From Acidimicrobiales bacterium (GTDB taxonomy: Bacteria; Actinomycetota; Acidimicrobiia; Acidimicrobiales; JAHWLA01), in contig DATLNE010000032.1 of assembly GCA_035536915.1 (NCBI GenBank), positions 3,752 to 67,751 of the forward strand: a stretch of DNA of 64,000 nt. Reading direction: 5' to 3'. The notes beneath the pieces are model-generated. The model made no database searches, had not been told where the DNA came from, and saw only the letters and a list, made by a program, of their open reading frames with translations. Made by a program: the position numbers and the translations under genes. Positions 1-8,957 of this stretch are shown one piece after another. Each line of letters opens with the position of its first letter. The stretch's first letter is position 1.

Positions 1-1004
1 AGGCACCCGCCCTCGCTCGCCAAGCGCTGGGCGAAGCCCCACTCGTCGCCGTCGGGCACCGGCGCCCACAGGTAGAAGCCCCCCGCAGGCAACGGCGCGT
101 AGGCGCCGAACTTGGCCAGCACGGCGGCGAAGAACTCCAGCCGTTCGAGGTACCGCGCCCGCTGCGCCTCGACGTGGGCGTCGTCGGCCCACGCCGCCAC
201 CGCGGCCGCCTGCACCGGCCCGGGCACCATGAGCCCGACGTGCTTGCGGACCTCCGACAAGTACGTCACCAACTCGGCGTCGCCCGCGTAGAACCCCGCC
301 CGCGCCCCGGCCAAGTTCGACCGCTTCGACAGCGAGTGCACCGCCACCACCCCGTCGAACCCCGACGACAGGATCGTGCGGGGCGGCCCTGCCCACGTGA
401 ACTCCACGTAGCACTCGTCACTGAACACCGGCACGTCGTGCGCCCGGCCCCACGATGCCGCCGCCGCCAGGTCGTCGACCTGGCCTGCCGGGTTGCCCGG
501 CGTGTTCACCCACAAGCACAGCGCCCGGGCCGCGTCGTCCTCGGAGATCGACGACAGGTCGAGCCGCCACACGTCGTCGACCGCCACCGGCACCGCCCGG
601 CAGCCCGCCAGCACCGCGCCCATCTCGTAGGTCGGGTACGCCACAGCCGGGTACAGCACCGTGTCGCGGGCGGGCGTGCGCAGACGCAGCCACTGCGGCA
701 GCGTGGCCACGAACTCCTTGGTGCCCACACAGGCGGCCACCGCCGACGCCGGAACACTCACACCCAGCCGCCGTTCCATCCAGCCCGCGGCGGCCTCACG
801 GTAGGCGGCCGTGCCCACCGAGGGCGGGTAGCCCCGCTCCGCCCCCGACCCGCCCAGCGCCGCCACCACCGCCGGCGGCGGCGCGTCGTTGGGCGTGCCC
901 ACCGACAGGTCGACGACGCCGCCTTCATGCCCTTCGGCCGCCGCCTTGGCCGACGCCAGCCGGTCGTACGGGTACGGCGGCGGCTGGAAGCCGGGCTCGC
1001 TCAT
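1..1004 (-). CDS. dapC: PLP-dependent aminotransferase, succinyldiaminopimelate transaminase-like (runs off the left edge)
   Basis: Not in the ORF track. Read by hand from the ATG at 1004 (ATGA overlap with the hflX stop): MSEPGFQPPPYPYDRL...VVDLSVGTP...GYPPSVG...AYPTYEMGA...NTPGNPAG...SDECY...HSLSKRSNLAGARAGF (class I/II aminotransferase). It lies near dapF. Confidence 0.8.
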   Translation of the reverse strand, partial: MSEPGFQPPPYPYDRLASAKAAAEGHEGGVVDLSVGTPNDAPPPAVVAALGGSGAERGYPPSVGTAAYREAAAGWMERRLGVSVPASAVAACVGTKEFVATLPQWLRLRTPARDTVLYPAVAYPTYEMGAVLAGCRAVPVAVDDVWRLDLSSISEDDAARALCLWVNTPGNPAGQVDDLAAAASWGRAHDVPVFSDECYVEFTWAGPPRTILSSGFDGVVAVHSLSKRSNLAGARAGFYAGDAELVTYLSEVRKHVGLMVPGPVQAAAVAAWADDAHVEAQRARYLERLEFFAAVLAKFGAYAPLPAGGFYLWAPVPDGDEWGFAQRLASEGGC

Positions 1005-2266
1005 GACGGGACGAGGAACTCCTTGAACCGGGCGCTGCCCGCGGCGTCGAGCCGAGCCCGCAGCCGGGTGCCGCCTTCTTCGTGCTGCTCGGTGAGCACC
1101 TCGCCCTCCCGGTGCAGGGCGGCCACTACGTCGCCCCGTTCGAACGGCACCACCAGTTCGATGACGTTGCCCAGCGCCCGCAGCCGGTCGCCGATGGCCG
1201 ACAGCAACCCGTCGATGCCGTCGCCGGTCACGGCCGAGACGACCACGGAGCCCGGATGGCTCTCGGCCAGGCGCTTGGCCTCCACCGACATGTCGGCCTT
1301 GTTGAAGGCCAGCAACTCCAGCACGTCACGGGCGCCGATCTCGGTGAGCACGGCGTGCACCGCTTCGATCTGGGCTTCGGGGTCGGGGGCGGCGGAGTCG
1401 ACCACGTGCACCAGCAGGTCGGACTCGGCCACCACCTCCAAGGTCGACTTGAAGGCCTCCACCAACCCGTGCGGCAGCTTCTTGATGAAGCCCACGGTGT
1501 CGGACAGCAGCACCGACTCGCCGCCCGGCAACTGCAGGCGACGGGTGCGGGGGTCCAAGGTGGCGAACAGCCGGTCTTCCACCAGCACGCCCGCGTCGGT
1601 CAGCCGGTTGAGCAGCGTCGACTTGCCTGCGTTGGTGTAGCCCACCAGCGACACCGTCTGCAGTCGGCCCCGAGCCCGGGCCTTGCGCTGCGTGCGCCGG
1701 GTGGCGGTGAGCTCGCGCAGGTTCTGCTCCAGCCGCTGCACCCGCCGCAACAGGCGCCGGCGGTCGACTTCCAGCTTGGTCTCACCGCCACCCATCCGGG
1801 TGCCCACGCCACCGCCCTGGCGGCTGAGCGCCGTGCCTCGGCCCCGCAGGCGGGGCAGGCGGTAGCGGATCATGGCCAGCTCGACCTGGTCCTTGCCCTC
1901 TTGGGTGCGGGCGTTCTGGGCGAAGATGTCGAGGATCACCGCGGTGCGGTCGATGGCCGTGCGCCCCAGGATCTTCTCGAGGTTGCGCTGCTGGGCGGGC
2001 GACAGTTCGTCGTCGAACACGACGGTGTCGGAGTCGACGGCCTCGGAGATCTCGTGCAGCTCCTGGGCCTTGCCCTTGCCCACGTAGGTGGCGGGGTCGG
2101 GCGCGTCGCGACGCTGCACCACCCGGGCGGCCACGTCGGCGCCTGCGGTGTCGACCAACAACGCCAACTCGTCGAGGGATGCCTCCACCTCCTCGAGCGT
2201 GGCGGGAGGGATGACGACGCCGACGAGCACGATGCGCTCTCGAAACGACCGTTCGATAAGGGTCAC
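1001..2266 (-). CDS. hflX: Ribosome-splitting GTPase HflX
   Basis: GYTNAGKS, LFATLD, DTVGF and NKAD motifs, plus QRNLE and ILDIFA in the N-domain; miaA-dapF-hflX synteny. Confidence 0.97.
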   Translation of the reverse strand: MTLIERSFRERIVLVGVVIPPATLEEVEASLDELALLVDTAGADVAARVVQRRDAPDPATYVGKGKAQELHEISEAVDSDTVVFDDELSPAQQRNLEKILGRTAIDRTAVILDIFAQNARTQEGKDQVELAMIRYRLPRLRGRGTALSRQGGGVGTRMGGGETKLEVDRRRLLRRVQRLEQNLRELTATRRTQRKARARGRLQTVSLVGYTNAGKSTLLNRLTDAGVLVEDRLFATLDPRTRRLQLPGGESVLLSDTVGFIKKLPHGLVEAFKSTLEVVAESDLLVHVVDSAAPDPEAQIEAVHAVLTEIGARDVLELLAFNKADMSVEAKRLAESHPGSVVVSAVTGDGIDGLLSAIGDRLRALGNVIELVVPFERGDVVAALHREGEVLTEQHEEGGTRLRARLDAAGSARFKEFLVPS

Positions 2267-3051
2267 AGCTCGACCTCGATCCGGGCGACCCGTTCGGTCG
2301 GCCCGCTCAGCACCACGCCGTCGGGCCGGAGCTCGACCTCAGCATCGCCACCGGGCTGGTGCACGACAACCCGTTCCCCCACCAACCCCCACGCATGGGC
2401 CGCAGCCGCCGCCGCGCACGCGCCCGTGCCGCACGCCTGGGTCTCGCCCACGCCCCGCTCCCACACCCGCATGGTCACAGCGTCGGGCTCCGGCCCCACC
2501 ATCACGAACTCCACGTTCATGCCGCCCGCGAACCCGGACTCGATGCGGGGGCCGAGGCCGGGCACGTCGATCGACGCCGGGTCGGGGCCCACGAGCACCA
2601 GGTGGGGGTTGCCCATGTCGACGGTGCGGGCCTTGCGGTCGGGGAAGTCCTGGGGCTGGTCGGCACCGACCTCGGCCTTGCCCATCTCCACGCTCACCCA
2701 CGCCGTTCGCGGCCCGGTCGGGCGAACCACCAACTGCCGCACCCCGGCCAGGGTGGCCACCGACACCGCAGGGCCGGGCACGACGCCTGCGTCGACTACC
2801 GCTTGGCCCAGGCACCGCAGCCCGTTGCCGCTGAGCTCGGCCACGCTGCCGTCGGCGTTGCGCAGGTCCATGCGCACGTCGGCCGCCGTGTCGCGCACGA
2901 CCCGGATGACTCCATCGGCGCCCACGCCCCGGTGCCGGTCGCACAGGGCGCGTGCCGTCGCCGCATCGACTGGCGATGCGTCGTCGAGGTCGAGCAGGAC
3001 GAGGAAGTCGTTGCCCAGGCCGTGGTGCTTGGTGAGGGAGAGGACAGGCAT
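2263..3051 (-). CDS. dapF: Diaminopimelate epimerase
   Basis: KHHGLGNDF, GVGADG, NADGSVAELSGNGLRC, DMGNPH, ERGVGETQACGTG. The first catalytic Cys position (usually CGNG) reads SGNG. Confidence 0.93.
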   Translation of the reverse strand: MPVLSLTKHHGLGNDFLVLLDLDDASPVDAATARALCDRHRGVGADGVIRVVRDTAADVRMDLRNADGSVAELSGNGLRCLGQAVVDAGVVPGPAVSVATLAGVRQLVVRPTGPRTAWVSVEMGKAEVGADQPQDFPDRKARTVDMGNPHLVLVGPDPASIDVPGLGPRIESGFAGGMNVEFVMVGPEPDAVTMRVWERGVGETQACGTGACAAAAAAHAWGLVGERVVVHQPGGDAEVELRPDGVVLSGPTERVARIEVEL

Positions 3052-3052
3052 G

Positions 3053-3958
3053 TCAGGCCCATTCTCTCAACAGGGCGGGGAGCACAGCGAACGGGTTCTC
3101 GGCGGCGCCGTACCAGGTGATGCGGGGGTCGCGGCGGAACCACATGCGCTGGCGCCGGGCGAAGTCGCGGGTGCGCGCCACCGCCTCGGCCAGGCAGTCG
3201 GCCAGCGGCACGCCGTGCTCGACATGGGCCAGCACCTCGCGGTAGCCGAGCGCTTGGCGGGCGGTGCGCGACAGCCCGTCGGGCCGGGCCGACAGCGCCC
3301 GCACCTCGTCGACCAGCCCGGCGCCGATCATGGCGTCGATGCGCTGGGCGATGCGCGCCGCGTTGGCCTTGCGCGGCAGCCACAGCCCGACCATGTCGAA
3401 GCGGGCGGGCGGGTGGGCGTCGAGCCCCGGGCCGAACGACGAGAAGGGCCGCCCGCTGCCCATCGTCACCTCCAAGGCCCGCACCACCCGGCGGCGGTTG
3501 GTGGGTTCCATGCGGGCCGCCGCCACCGGGTCGAGCTCGCTCAGCCGCCGGTAGAGGGCGTCGGTGTCGGGCTCGGCCTCCAGCTCGTCGCGCACCTCCG
3601 GGAACTGTCCTGGCACCTCGAAGGCGTCGATGACGGCCCGCAGGTACAGCCCCGTCCCCCCGACCAACAGCGCTCGGCGTCCCCGGCCTTCGATGTCGGC
3701 CAGCACGCGAGCCGCCGCCTCTTGGAAGCGGGCCACGGAGAAGTCCTCCGACGGCTCGGCCAGGTCGACCAGGTGATGGGGCACCTCGGCCCGCTCGGCG
3801 GCCGACGGCTTGGCCGTGCCGATGTCCATGCCCCGGTACACCTGCATGGAGTCGACGCTGACCAGCTCGATGTCGGGCACCCGGCGGGCCACTTCCAAGG
3901 CCAAGGCCGACTTGCCCGACGCCGTGGTGCCCACCAGGGCCACATGGCGGACGGTCAC
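3053..3958 (-). CDS. miaA: tRNA dimethylallyltransferase
   Basis: GTTASGKS, DSMQVYRGMDIGTAKP, VGGTGLY, QALGY. Start moved to GTG 3958 (GTGA overlap). Confidence 0.96.
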   Translation of the reverse strand: MTVRHVALVGTTASGKSALALEVARRVPDIELVSVDSMQVYRGMDIGTAKPSAAERAEVPHHLVDLAEPSEDFSVARFQEAAARVLADIEGRGRRALLVGGTGLYLRAVIDAFEVPGQFPEVRDELEAEPDTDALYRRLSELDPVAAARMEPTNRRRVVRALEVTMGSGRPFSSFGPGLDAHPPARFDMVGLWLPRKANAARIAQRIDAMIGAGLVDEVRALSARPDGLSRTARQALGYREVLAHVEHGVPLADCLAEAVARTRDFARRQRMWFRRDPRITWYGAAENPFAVLPALLREWA

Positions 3959-4656
3959 AACGACACCCCCCACCGCCCGGCCAACGACACCAAGGCGGCG
4001 GCCACCCCGTCGGGGTCGACCACCGGAGAGAGGTGGGAGCCGGGCAGCGAGGCCACCGCCCAGCCCTGGCGGGCGGCTTCGGCTTCCTCGCCGTCGTAGG
4101 CCCGGCTCAGGCGGAGGAAGCCGCAGGGGGCATCGGGCCAGCCCGCCACTTCCGGCAGGGGCTCGCGCAGCAGGTCGGCCGGCACAGGGTCGAGCTCGGC
4201 CCGGAAGCGGGTGCGCAGTTCCTCGTCGGGCAGCAGGGCGTCGAGGGCGTGGGGGTCGAACCACTCGCTCCACGGCGGCAGGAACTCCCCGTCGAGTAAC
4301 TCGGCCAGCCGGGCCTGGAACGAGGGGTGGACCGACGCCAGGCGGCTTCGCCCAGGGTGCGGGAGGGCAGCGTCGACGAACAGATAGGCAGCGCAGCGGC
4401 CGACCCGCCGGCCCGCCGCCGGCAGCAGCGGCCCCGCCCCGCTGTGGCCCACCAGGACGACATCGTCGTCACCCGACGCCCGCGCCGCGGCGGCCACCGC
4501 CTCGGCCATGGGCTCGGCGTAGGGCGGCCCGTCGGCGGCCAGTTGCCGCAACGAGGGCACGGCGACCGACGCACCCCGCTGCCGGAGTCGGTCCGCCACC
4601 GCCTCCCACGTCATCGGCCCCACGAAGGGGCTGTGGACGAGGACGACCCCGGTCAG
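3955..4656 (-). CDS. Alpha/beta hydrolase
   Basis: VVLVHSPFVGP, LVGHSGAG nucleophile elbow, FVDA, GSHL. Start is uncertain; CTG at 4656 overlapping the miaB TGA is proposed. Confidence 0.82.
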   Translation of the reverse strand: MTGVVLVHSPFVGPMTWEAVADRLRQRGASVAVPSLRQLAADGPPYAEPMAEAVAAAARASGDDDVVLVGHSGAGPLLPAAGRRVGRCAAYLFVDAALPHPGRSRLASVHPSFQARLAELLDGEFLPPWSEWFDPHALDALLPDEELRTRFRAELDPVPADLLREPLPEVAGWPDAPCGFLRLSRAYDGEEAEAARQGWAVASLPGSHLSPVVDPDGVAAALVSLAGRWGVSL

Positions 4657-6032
4657 ACGACCGCCACCGGGATGCGGGTGCGGTGCCGGGGACGGGCCGT
4701 GACCTCGACCAACTCTCCGGCCAGGTAGTGCGGCGCCGCCCGCGTCACCCGAACCTGGGCGAAGGAACCGCCAGGCAGCGGCTGCGGCGACGGGAAGTGC
4801 ACGAGCTTGTTCTGGCGGCTGCGCCCGGTGAGCACGGCCGGATCGCGTTTGCTCGGCCCTTCGACCAGCACTTCTTCGACCCGCCCCACCCGGGCTTCGT
4901 GCTTGGCCAGGGCCGAGCGCTCCACCACGACCTTGAGCCGCTCGAAGCGCTCGGCGACGACCTCGGCGGGCACGAACCGATCGACCAGCTCGGCCGCCTC
5001 GGTGCCGGGGCGGGGCGAGAAGATGAAGGTGTAGGCGCTGTCGTACTCGGCGGCGGCCACCACCTCCAGCGTGCGTTCGAAGTCGTCGTCGGTCTCGCCC
5101 GGGAAGCCCACGATCAAGTCGGTGGTCACGGCCAGGTCGGGCACCGCCGCCCGGGCCGCCGCCAGCTTCTCCAGGTAGCGCTCGGCCCGGTAGCCGCGGT
5201 GCATGGCGGCCAGCACCCGGTCGCTGCCCGACTGCAGGGGCAGGTGCAGGTGCTCGCACACCGCAGGCACCGAAGCCATCGCTTCGATGGTCTCGGGGCG
5301 CAGGTCCTTGGGGTGGGGGCTGGTGTAGCGGACCCGGCGGATGCCGTCGACGGCGCCCACGGCGGCCAGCAGCTCGGCGAACAGCGGCCGGCGTTTGGTC
5401 AGGTCGCGGCCGTAGGAGTTGACGTTCTGGCCCAGCAGGGTGACCTCGACCACGCCTGCGTCGGCCAACGCCGAAGCCTCGGCCACGATCTCGCCGAACG
5501 GGCGGCTGATCTCGACACCCCGCACCGACGGCACGATGCAGAAGGCGCAGGCGTTGTCGCAGCCGATCTGGATGGTCAGCCACGCCGCATAACCCACGTC
5601 TCGCCGGGCAGGCAGGGCGGACGGGAAGGCCTCGGACTCCTCGAGGATCTCCATGATCGGGCCCTCGACGGCGGCCCGGCGCAGCAAGTCGGCGGCCGAG
5701 GCCACGTTGTGGGTGCCGAACACCACGTCGGTGTGCGGTGCCTTCTGCTGGATGAGGTCGCGGTCTTTCTGGGCCAGGCAGCCCGCCACGGCGATCTGGA
5801 GCCCGGGGCGACGGTCCTTCAGCGCCTTGAGGTGGCCGAGGTTGCCGTACAGCTTGTTGTCGGCATTCTCCCGGATGCAGCACGTGTTGAGCACGACGAC
5901 GTCGGCCTGCTCCAGGTCGTCGGTCGCCTCCATGCCGTCGGACTCCAGCAAGCCCGCGATGCGCTCAGAGTCGTGTTCGTTCATCTGGCACCCGAAGGTG
6001 CGGATGACAAACCGACGGGGCGCCTCGCTCAT
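4653..6032 (-). CDS. miaB: tRNA methylthiotransferase MiaB
   Basis: TFGCQMNEHDSE, NTCCIRE, radical SAM CDNACAFC, C-terminal TRAM domain. Confidence 0.97.
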   Translation of the reverse strand: MSEAPRRFVIRTFGCQMNEHDSERIAGLLESDGMEATDDLEQADVVVLNTCCIRENADNKLYGNLGHLKALKDRRPGLQIAVAGCLAQKDRDLIQQKAPHTDVVFGTHNVASAADLLRRAAVEGPIMEILEESEAFPSALPARRDVGYAAWLTIQIGCDNACAFCIVPSVRGVEISRPFGEIVAEASALADAGVVEVTLLGQNVNSYGRDLTKRRPLFAELLAAVGAVDGIRRVRYTSPHPKDLRPETIEAMASVPAVCEHLHLPLQSGSDRVLAAMHRGYRAERYLEKLAAARAAVPDLAVTTDLIVGFPGETDDDFERTLEVVAAAEYDSAYTFIFSPRPGTEAAELVDRFVPAEVVAERFERLKVVVERSALAKHEARVGRVEEVLVEGPSKRDPAVLTGRSRQNKLVHFPSPQPLPGGSFAQVRVTRAAPHYLAGELVEVTARPRHRTRIPVAVV

Positions 6033-6076
6033 GCCTGCCAGCGTACGCGGCGCACGCCGGTCACTCCGGCGGGCGA

Positions 6077-6439
6077 CTAGAGGACAGCGGCGCCGTCGAC
6101 GGCCGCGGCAGCAGCCATCGGCACGGCCAACGGCATCGGCACGCTCTCACGCATGTCGAGTGTCGTCGGCATGCGGCGCTCTCGGTCCTCGATGAGCAGG
6201 CGGATGGCCGTACGGCTCTCACCGTCGATCTCGATGTCCTTGAACGCAGGCACGCAGATCAAGTCGACGCCCGAGGGCGCCAAGTAGCCGCGGGCGATGG
6301 CGATCGCCTTCACAGCCTGGTTCAGCGCGCCCGCGCCGACCACCTGCACCTCGACGGCGCCCGTCTGCCGAATCACTCCGGCCATCGCCCCGGCACACGA
6401 GTTCGGGTTGGACTTGCTCGACACCTTGAGAACTTCCAT
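6077..6439 (-). CDS. spoVS: Stage V sporulation protein S family (Alba-like fold)
   Basis: MEVLKVSSKSNPNSCAGAMAG...GAGALNQAVKAIAIARG...PAF..IEIDG..RTAI is the SpoVS signature; about 35 aa extra at the C-terminus. Confidence 0.92.
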   Translation of the reverse strand: MEVLKVSSKSNPNSCAGAMAGVIRQTGAVEVQVVGAGALNQAVKAIAIARGYLAPSGVDLICVPAFKDIEIDGESRTAIRLLIEDRERRMPTTLDMRESVPMPLAVPMAAAAAVDGAAVL

Positions 6440-6495
6440 GGACTGCCCCCCAACTCCAGAATGCCGCGCGACTACTGGTCGATTGCACAGTTCGA

Positions 6496-6545
6496 CGGGA
6501 GCGGACAATCCTCCTTTATTTCCCTCAAGGTGATTTCCGCTCCCG
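6496..6545 (-). other. Interrupted stem-loop between recA and spoVS
   Basis: CGGGAGCGGA/TCCGCTCCCG 10-bp stem with inner AATC/GATT and CCTT/AAGG pairs. Confidence 0.55.
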
Positions 6546-6607
6546 CCGAATGATGTGCTAGAGGCCGCGCGCCTTGGTTCGACGCGCTTCCCCGAAGTGC
6601 TACTTCC

Positions 6608-7651
6608 TTACTTCAAAAGGATCGGCTCGTCGTCGCTTTCGCCCTCGCCCAAGGGGACATCGTCGCCCCCGACGAGCCCGACCTGCTTGCGGATGCGCTC
6701 GTTGATCTCGACCATCACCTCGGGGTTGTCGGTGAGGAACTGCTTGGCGTTCTCACGACCCTGGCCGAGCTGCTCGCCCTCGTAGGTGTACCAGGCACCG
6801 GACTTCTTCACGAGGCCCAAGTCGACGCCCACGTCGATGAGCGAGCCCTCGCGGCTGATGCCCCGCCCGTACATGATGTCGAACTCGGCCTGCTTGAACG
6901 GCGGGGCCACCTTGTTCTTGACGACCTTGACACGGGTGCGGTTGCCCACCACCTCGACGCCGTCCTTGATCGACTCGATGCGTCGGATGTCCAATCGAAC
7001 CGACGAATAGAACTTCAATGCACGACCACCCGGAGTGGTTTCCGGGCTCCCGAACATAACGCCGATCTTTTCCCGCAATTGGTTGATGAACAGCGCAATG
7101 GTGTCGGTCTTGTTGAGCGTGCCGGTCAGCTTGCGCAGGGCCTGCGACATGAGCCGGGCCTGGAGGCCGACGTGGCTGTCGCCCATCTCGCCCTCGATCT
7201 CGGCCCGGGGCGTCAGCGCCGCCACCGAGTCGATGACCACGACGTCGAGGGCACCGGAGCGGATCAGGGTGTCGGCGATCTCCAACGCCTGCTCCCCCGT
7301 GTCGGGCTGGGAGATGAGCAGCTCGTCGATGTCGACGCCGATGGCCGAGGCGTAGACCGGGTCCATGGCGTGCTCGGCGTCGATGTAGGCGCAGATGCCC
7401 CCGTTGCGCTGCGCTTCGGCGACCACGTGCATGGCGAGGGTGGACTTACCGGACGATTCAGGCCCGTAGACCTCCACCACCCGGCCCCGGGGCAGGCCGC
7501 CCACGCCTAACGCCAGGTCGAGCGACATCGCGCCGGTCGAGATGGACTCGATGCCCATGTGGGTGGTCTCGCCCATCCGCATGATCGAGCCCTTGCCGTG
7601 CGTCTTCTCGATCTGGCCGAGCGCCATCTCTAGTGCCTTGTCTTTTTCCAC
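6608..7651 (-). CDS. recA: Recombinase RecA
   Basis: [48 protein letters not shown]; no intein. Confidence 0.99.
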   Translation of the reverse strand: MEKDKALEMALGQIEKTHGKGSIMRMGETTHMGIESISTGAMSLDLALGVGGLPRGRVVEVYGPESSGKSTLAMHVVAEAQRNGGICAYIDAEHAMDPVYASAIGVDIDELLISQPDTGEQALEIADTLIRSGALDVVVIDSVAALTPRAEIEGEMGDSHVGLQARLMSQALRKLTGTLNKTDTIALFINQLREKIGVMFGSPETTPGGRALKFYSSVRLDIRRIESIKDGVEVVGNRTRVKVVKNKVAPPFKQAEFDIMYGRGISREGSLIDVGVDLGLVKKSGAWYTYEGEQLGQGRENAKQFLTDNPEVMVEINERIRKQVGLVGGDDVPLGEGESDDEPILLK

Positions 7652-7747
7652 CGCTGGTCCCCTCTGCTCGTAGGTCAGGTACGAGTTCCACCCTACGGAG
7701 AGGGTGAGACAGTTAATCCGGCCTGTGTACTTCCCGCAGTGTAATTA

Positions 7748-7761
7748 CGAACGGGTGTTCG
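7748..7761. promoter_or_regulatory. LexA (SOS) box
   Basis: CGAAC-GGGT-GTTCG matches the Gram-positive/actinobacterial CGAAC-N4-GTTCG consensus, about 100 bp upstream of recA. Confidence 0.85.
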
Positions 7762-7901
7762 GTTCAAGCACCCACCGTTCCACGACCTCGCAACGGGCGC
7801 CGCCGCCGTGCAGCAGGCGGGGCAGCGAGCGCACGCGGTCGACGACCGAGGTGGGCGGCCGCAAAGCGACGAAGAGGCGCACGGTCGACCAGAATGCCCC
7901 G

Positions 7902-8891
7902 GTGCCGAGCATCGTGGACCGCATCGATCCTTCGACCCTGCCGCCCTCCGTCCGGCGCATCGGCAAACGGGGCCTGCGCCTCGGCCGGTCCGCCCGGCAG
8001 CGGGCCAAGCTCCTGCGCCAGGTCGTGAGCCCCGCCGCCGGCGTCGGCTTCGACGACCTGCCCACCCCCATGGCCATCCGCATGGCCTACGAGACCGTGC
8101 TCGACCGCTCGCCCGAGCCCCAGGACTACGTCCACTACACGGCCGAGCTGGAGACGACCACCCGCGCCCGGATGCTGGAGATCATGCGGGGCTCGGAAGA
8201 GGCCTACATGAACGTGCGGGTCACAGACCTGCTGAACTCGCTCCACCTCAGCCGGTGCGACTTCGTGCGCAGCCTCCCCCGGGCCCGGCGCATCCTCGAC
8301 CTCGGCGGCAGCCACCAGTCGAACCGCGAGGGCGCCTTCGTGCACCTCGGCTACCCCTACCCGTTCGAGCGGCTGATCCTGGTCGACCTGCCCATCGACG
8401 AGCGCCACGAGATCTACCAGCTCAGCGAGAAGGCCGAGGTGGTCGAGACCGCCCTGGGGCCGGTGGAGTACGCCTACCACTCGATGGCCGACCTCTCCCG
8501 TTACGACGACGAGTCGTTCGACCTGGTCTACAGCGGCCAGACCATCGAGCACGTCACCCCCGAGGAGTGCGACGACACCCTGGCCGAGACGTTCCGGGTG
8601 CTGCAGCCGGGCGGCTACTTCGCCGTCGACACGCCCAACGACACGGTGTGCCGGCTGCAGCGCCCCGACTTCATCAACGACGACCACAAGGTCGAGTACA
8701 GCCACGAGGAGTTCACGGCCAAGCTGCGCAAGGCGGGCTTCGAGATCGTCGACGCCAAGGGCCTCAACTACCTGGGGCACCCGGCCTCGGAGGGCGGCTT
8801 CGACGAGATCGAGGTGGCCCGCAACAACGGCCTCTACGGCGAGCCGCAGGACTGCTACCTGCTGGCCTACATCTGCCGGAAGCCCGGGTAG
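7902..8891 (+). CDS. Class I SAM-dependent methyltransferase with an N-terminal DUF4214-like segment
   Basis: ILDLGG, ESFDLVYSGQTIEHV, RVLQPGG, DTPN; N-terminal AYETVLDRSPE...Y...TRARML...SEE. GTG 7902 chosen as start (CAGAAT lies 6 nt upstream). Confidence 0.82.
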   Translation: MPSIVDRIDPSTLPPSVRRIGKRGLRLGRSARQRAKLLRQVVSPAAGVGFDDLPTPMAIRMAYETVLDRSPEPQDYVHYTAELETTTRARMLEIMRGSEEAYMNVRVTDLLNSLHLSRCDFVRSLPRARRILDLGGSHQSNREGAFVHLGYPYPFERLILVDLPIDERHEIYQLSEKAEVVETALGPVEYAYHSMADLSRYDDESFDLVYSGQTIEHVTPEECDDTLAETFRVLQPGGYFAVDTPNDTVCRLQRPDFINDDHKVEYSHEEFTAKLRKAGFEIVDAKGLNYLGHPASEGGFDEIEVARNNGLYGEPQDCYLLAYICRKPG

Positions 8892-8940
8892 TTGCGTAGG
8901 GATCGCGCTGCAAAACGGCGCGATCCCTACGCAACTTCGG
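8890..8940. repeat. REP-like palindromic repeat, copy 1 (possible bidirectional terminator)
   Basis: Perfect 19-bp arms AGTTGCGTAGGGATCGCGC / GCGCGATCCCTACGCAACT between convergent genes; related copy at 28660. Confidence 0.75.
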
Positions 8941-8957
8941 AAGGGGGGGCGGCGGAG

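Noticed and set aside
6440..6517. Longer spoVS start at TTG 6508 next to AAAGGAGG
   Set aside because: SD-to-start spacing is only 1 nt, and family homology begins at MEVLKV (6439)
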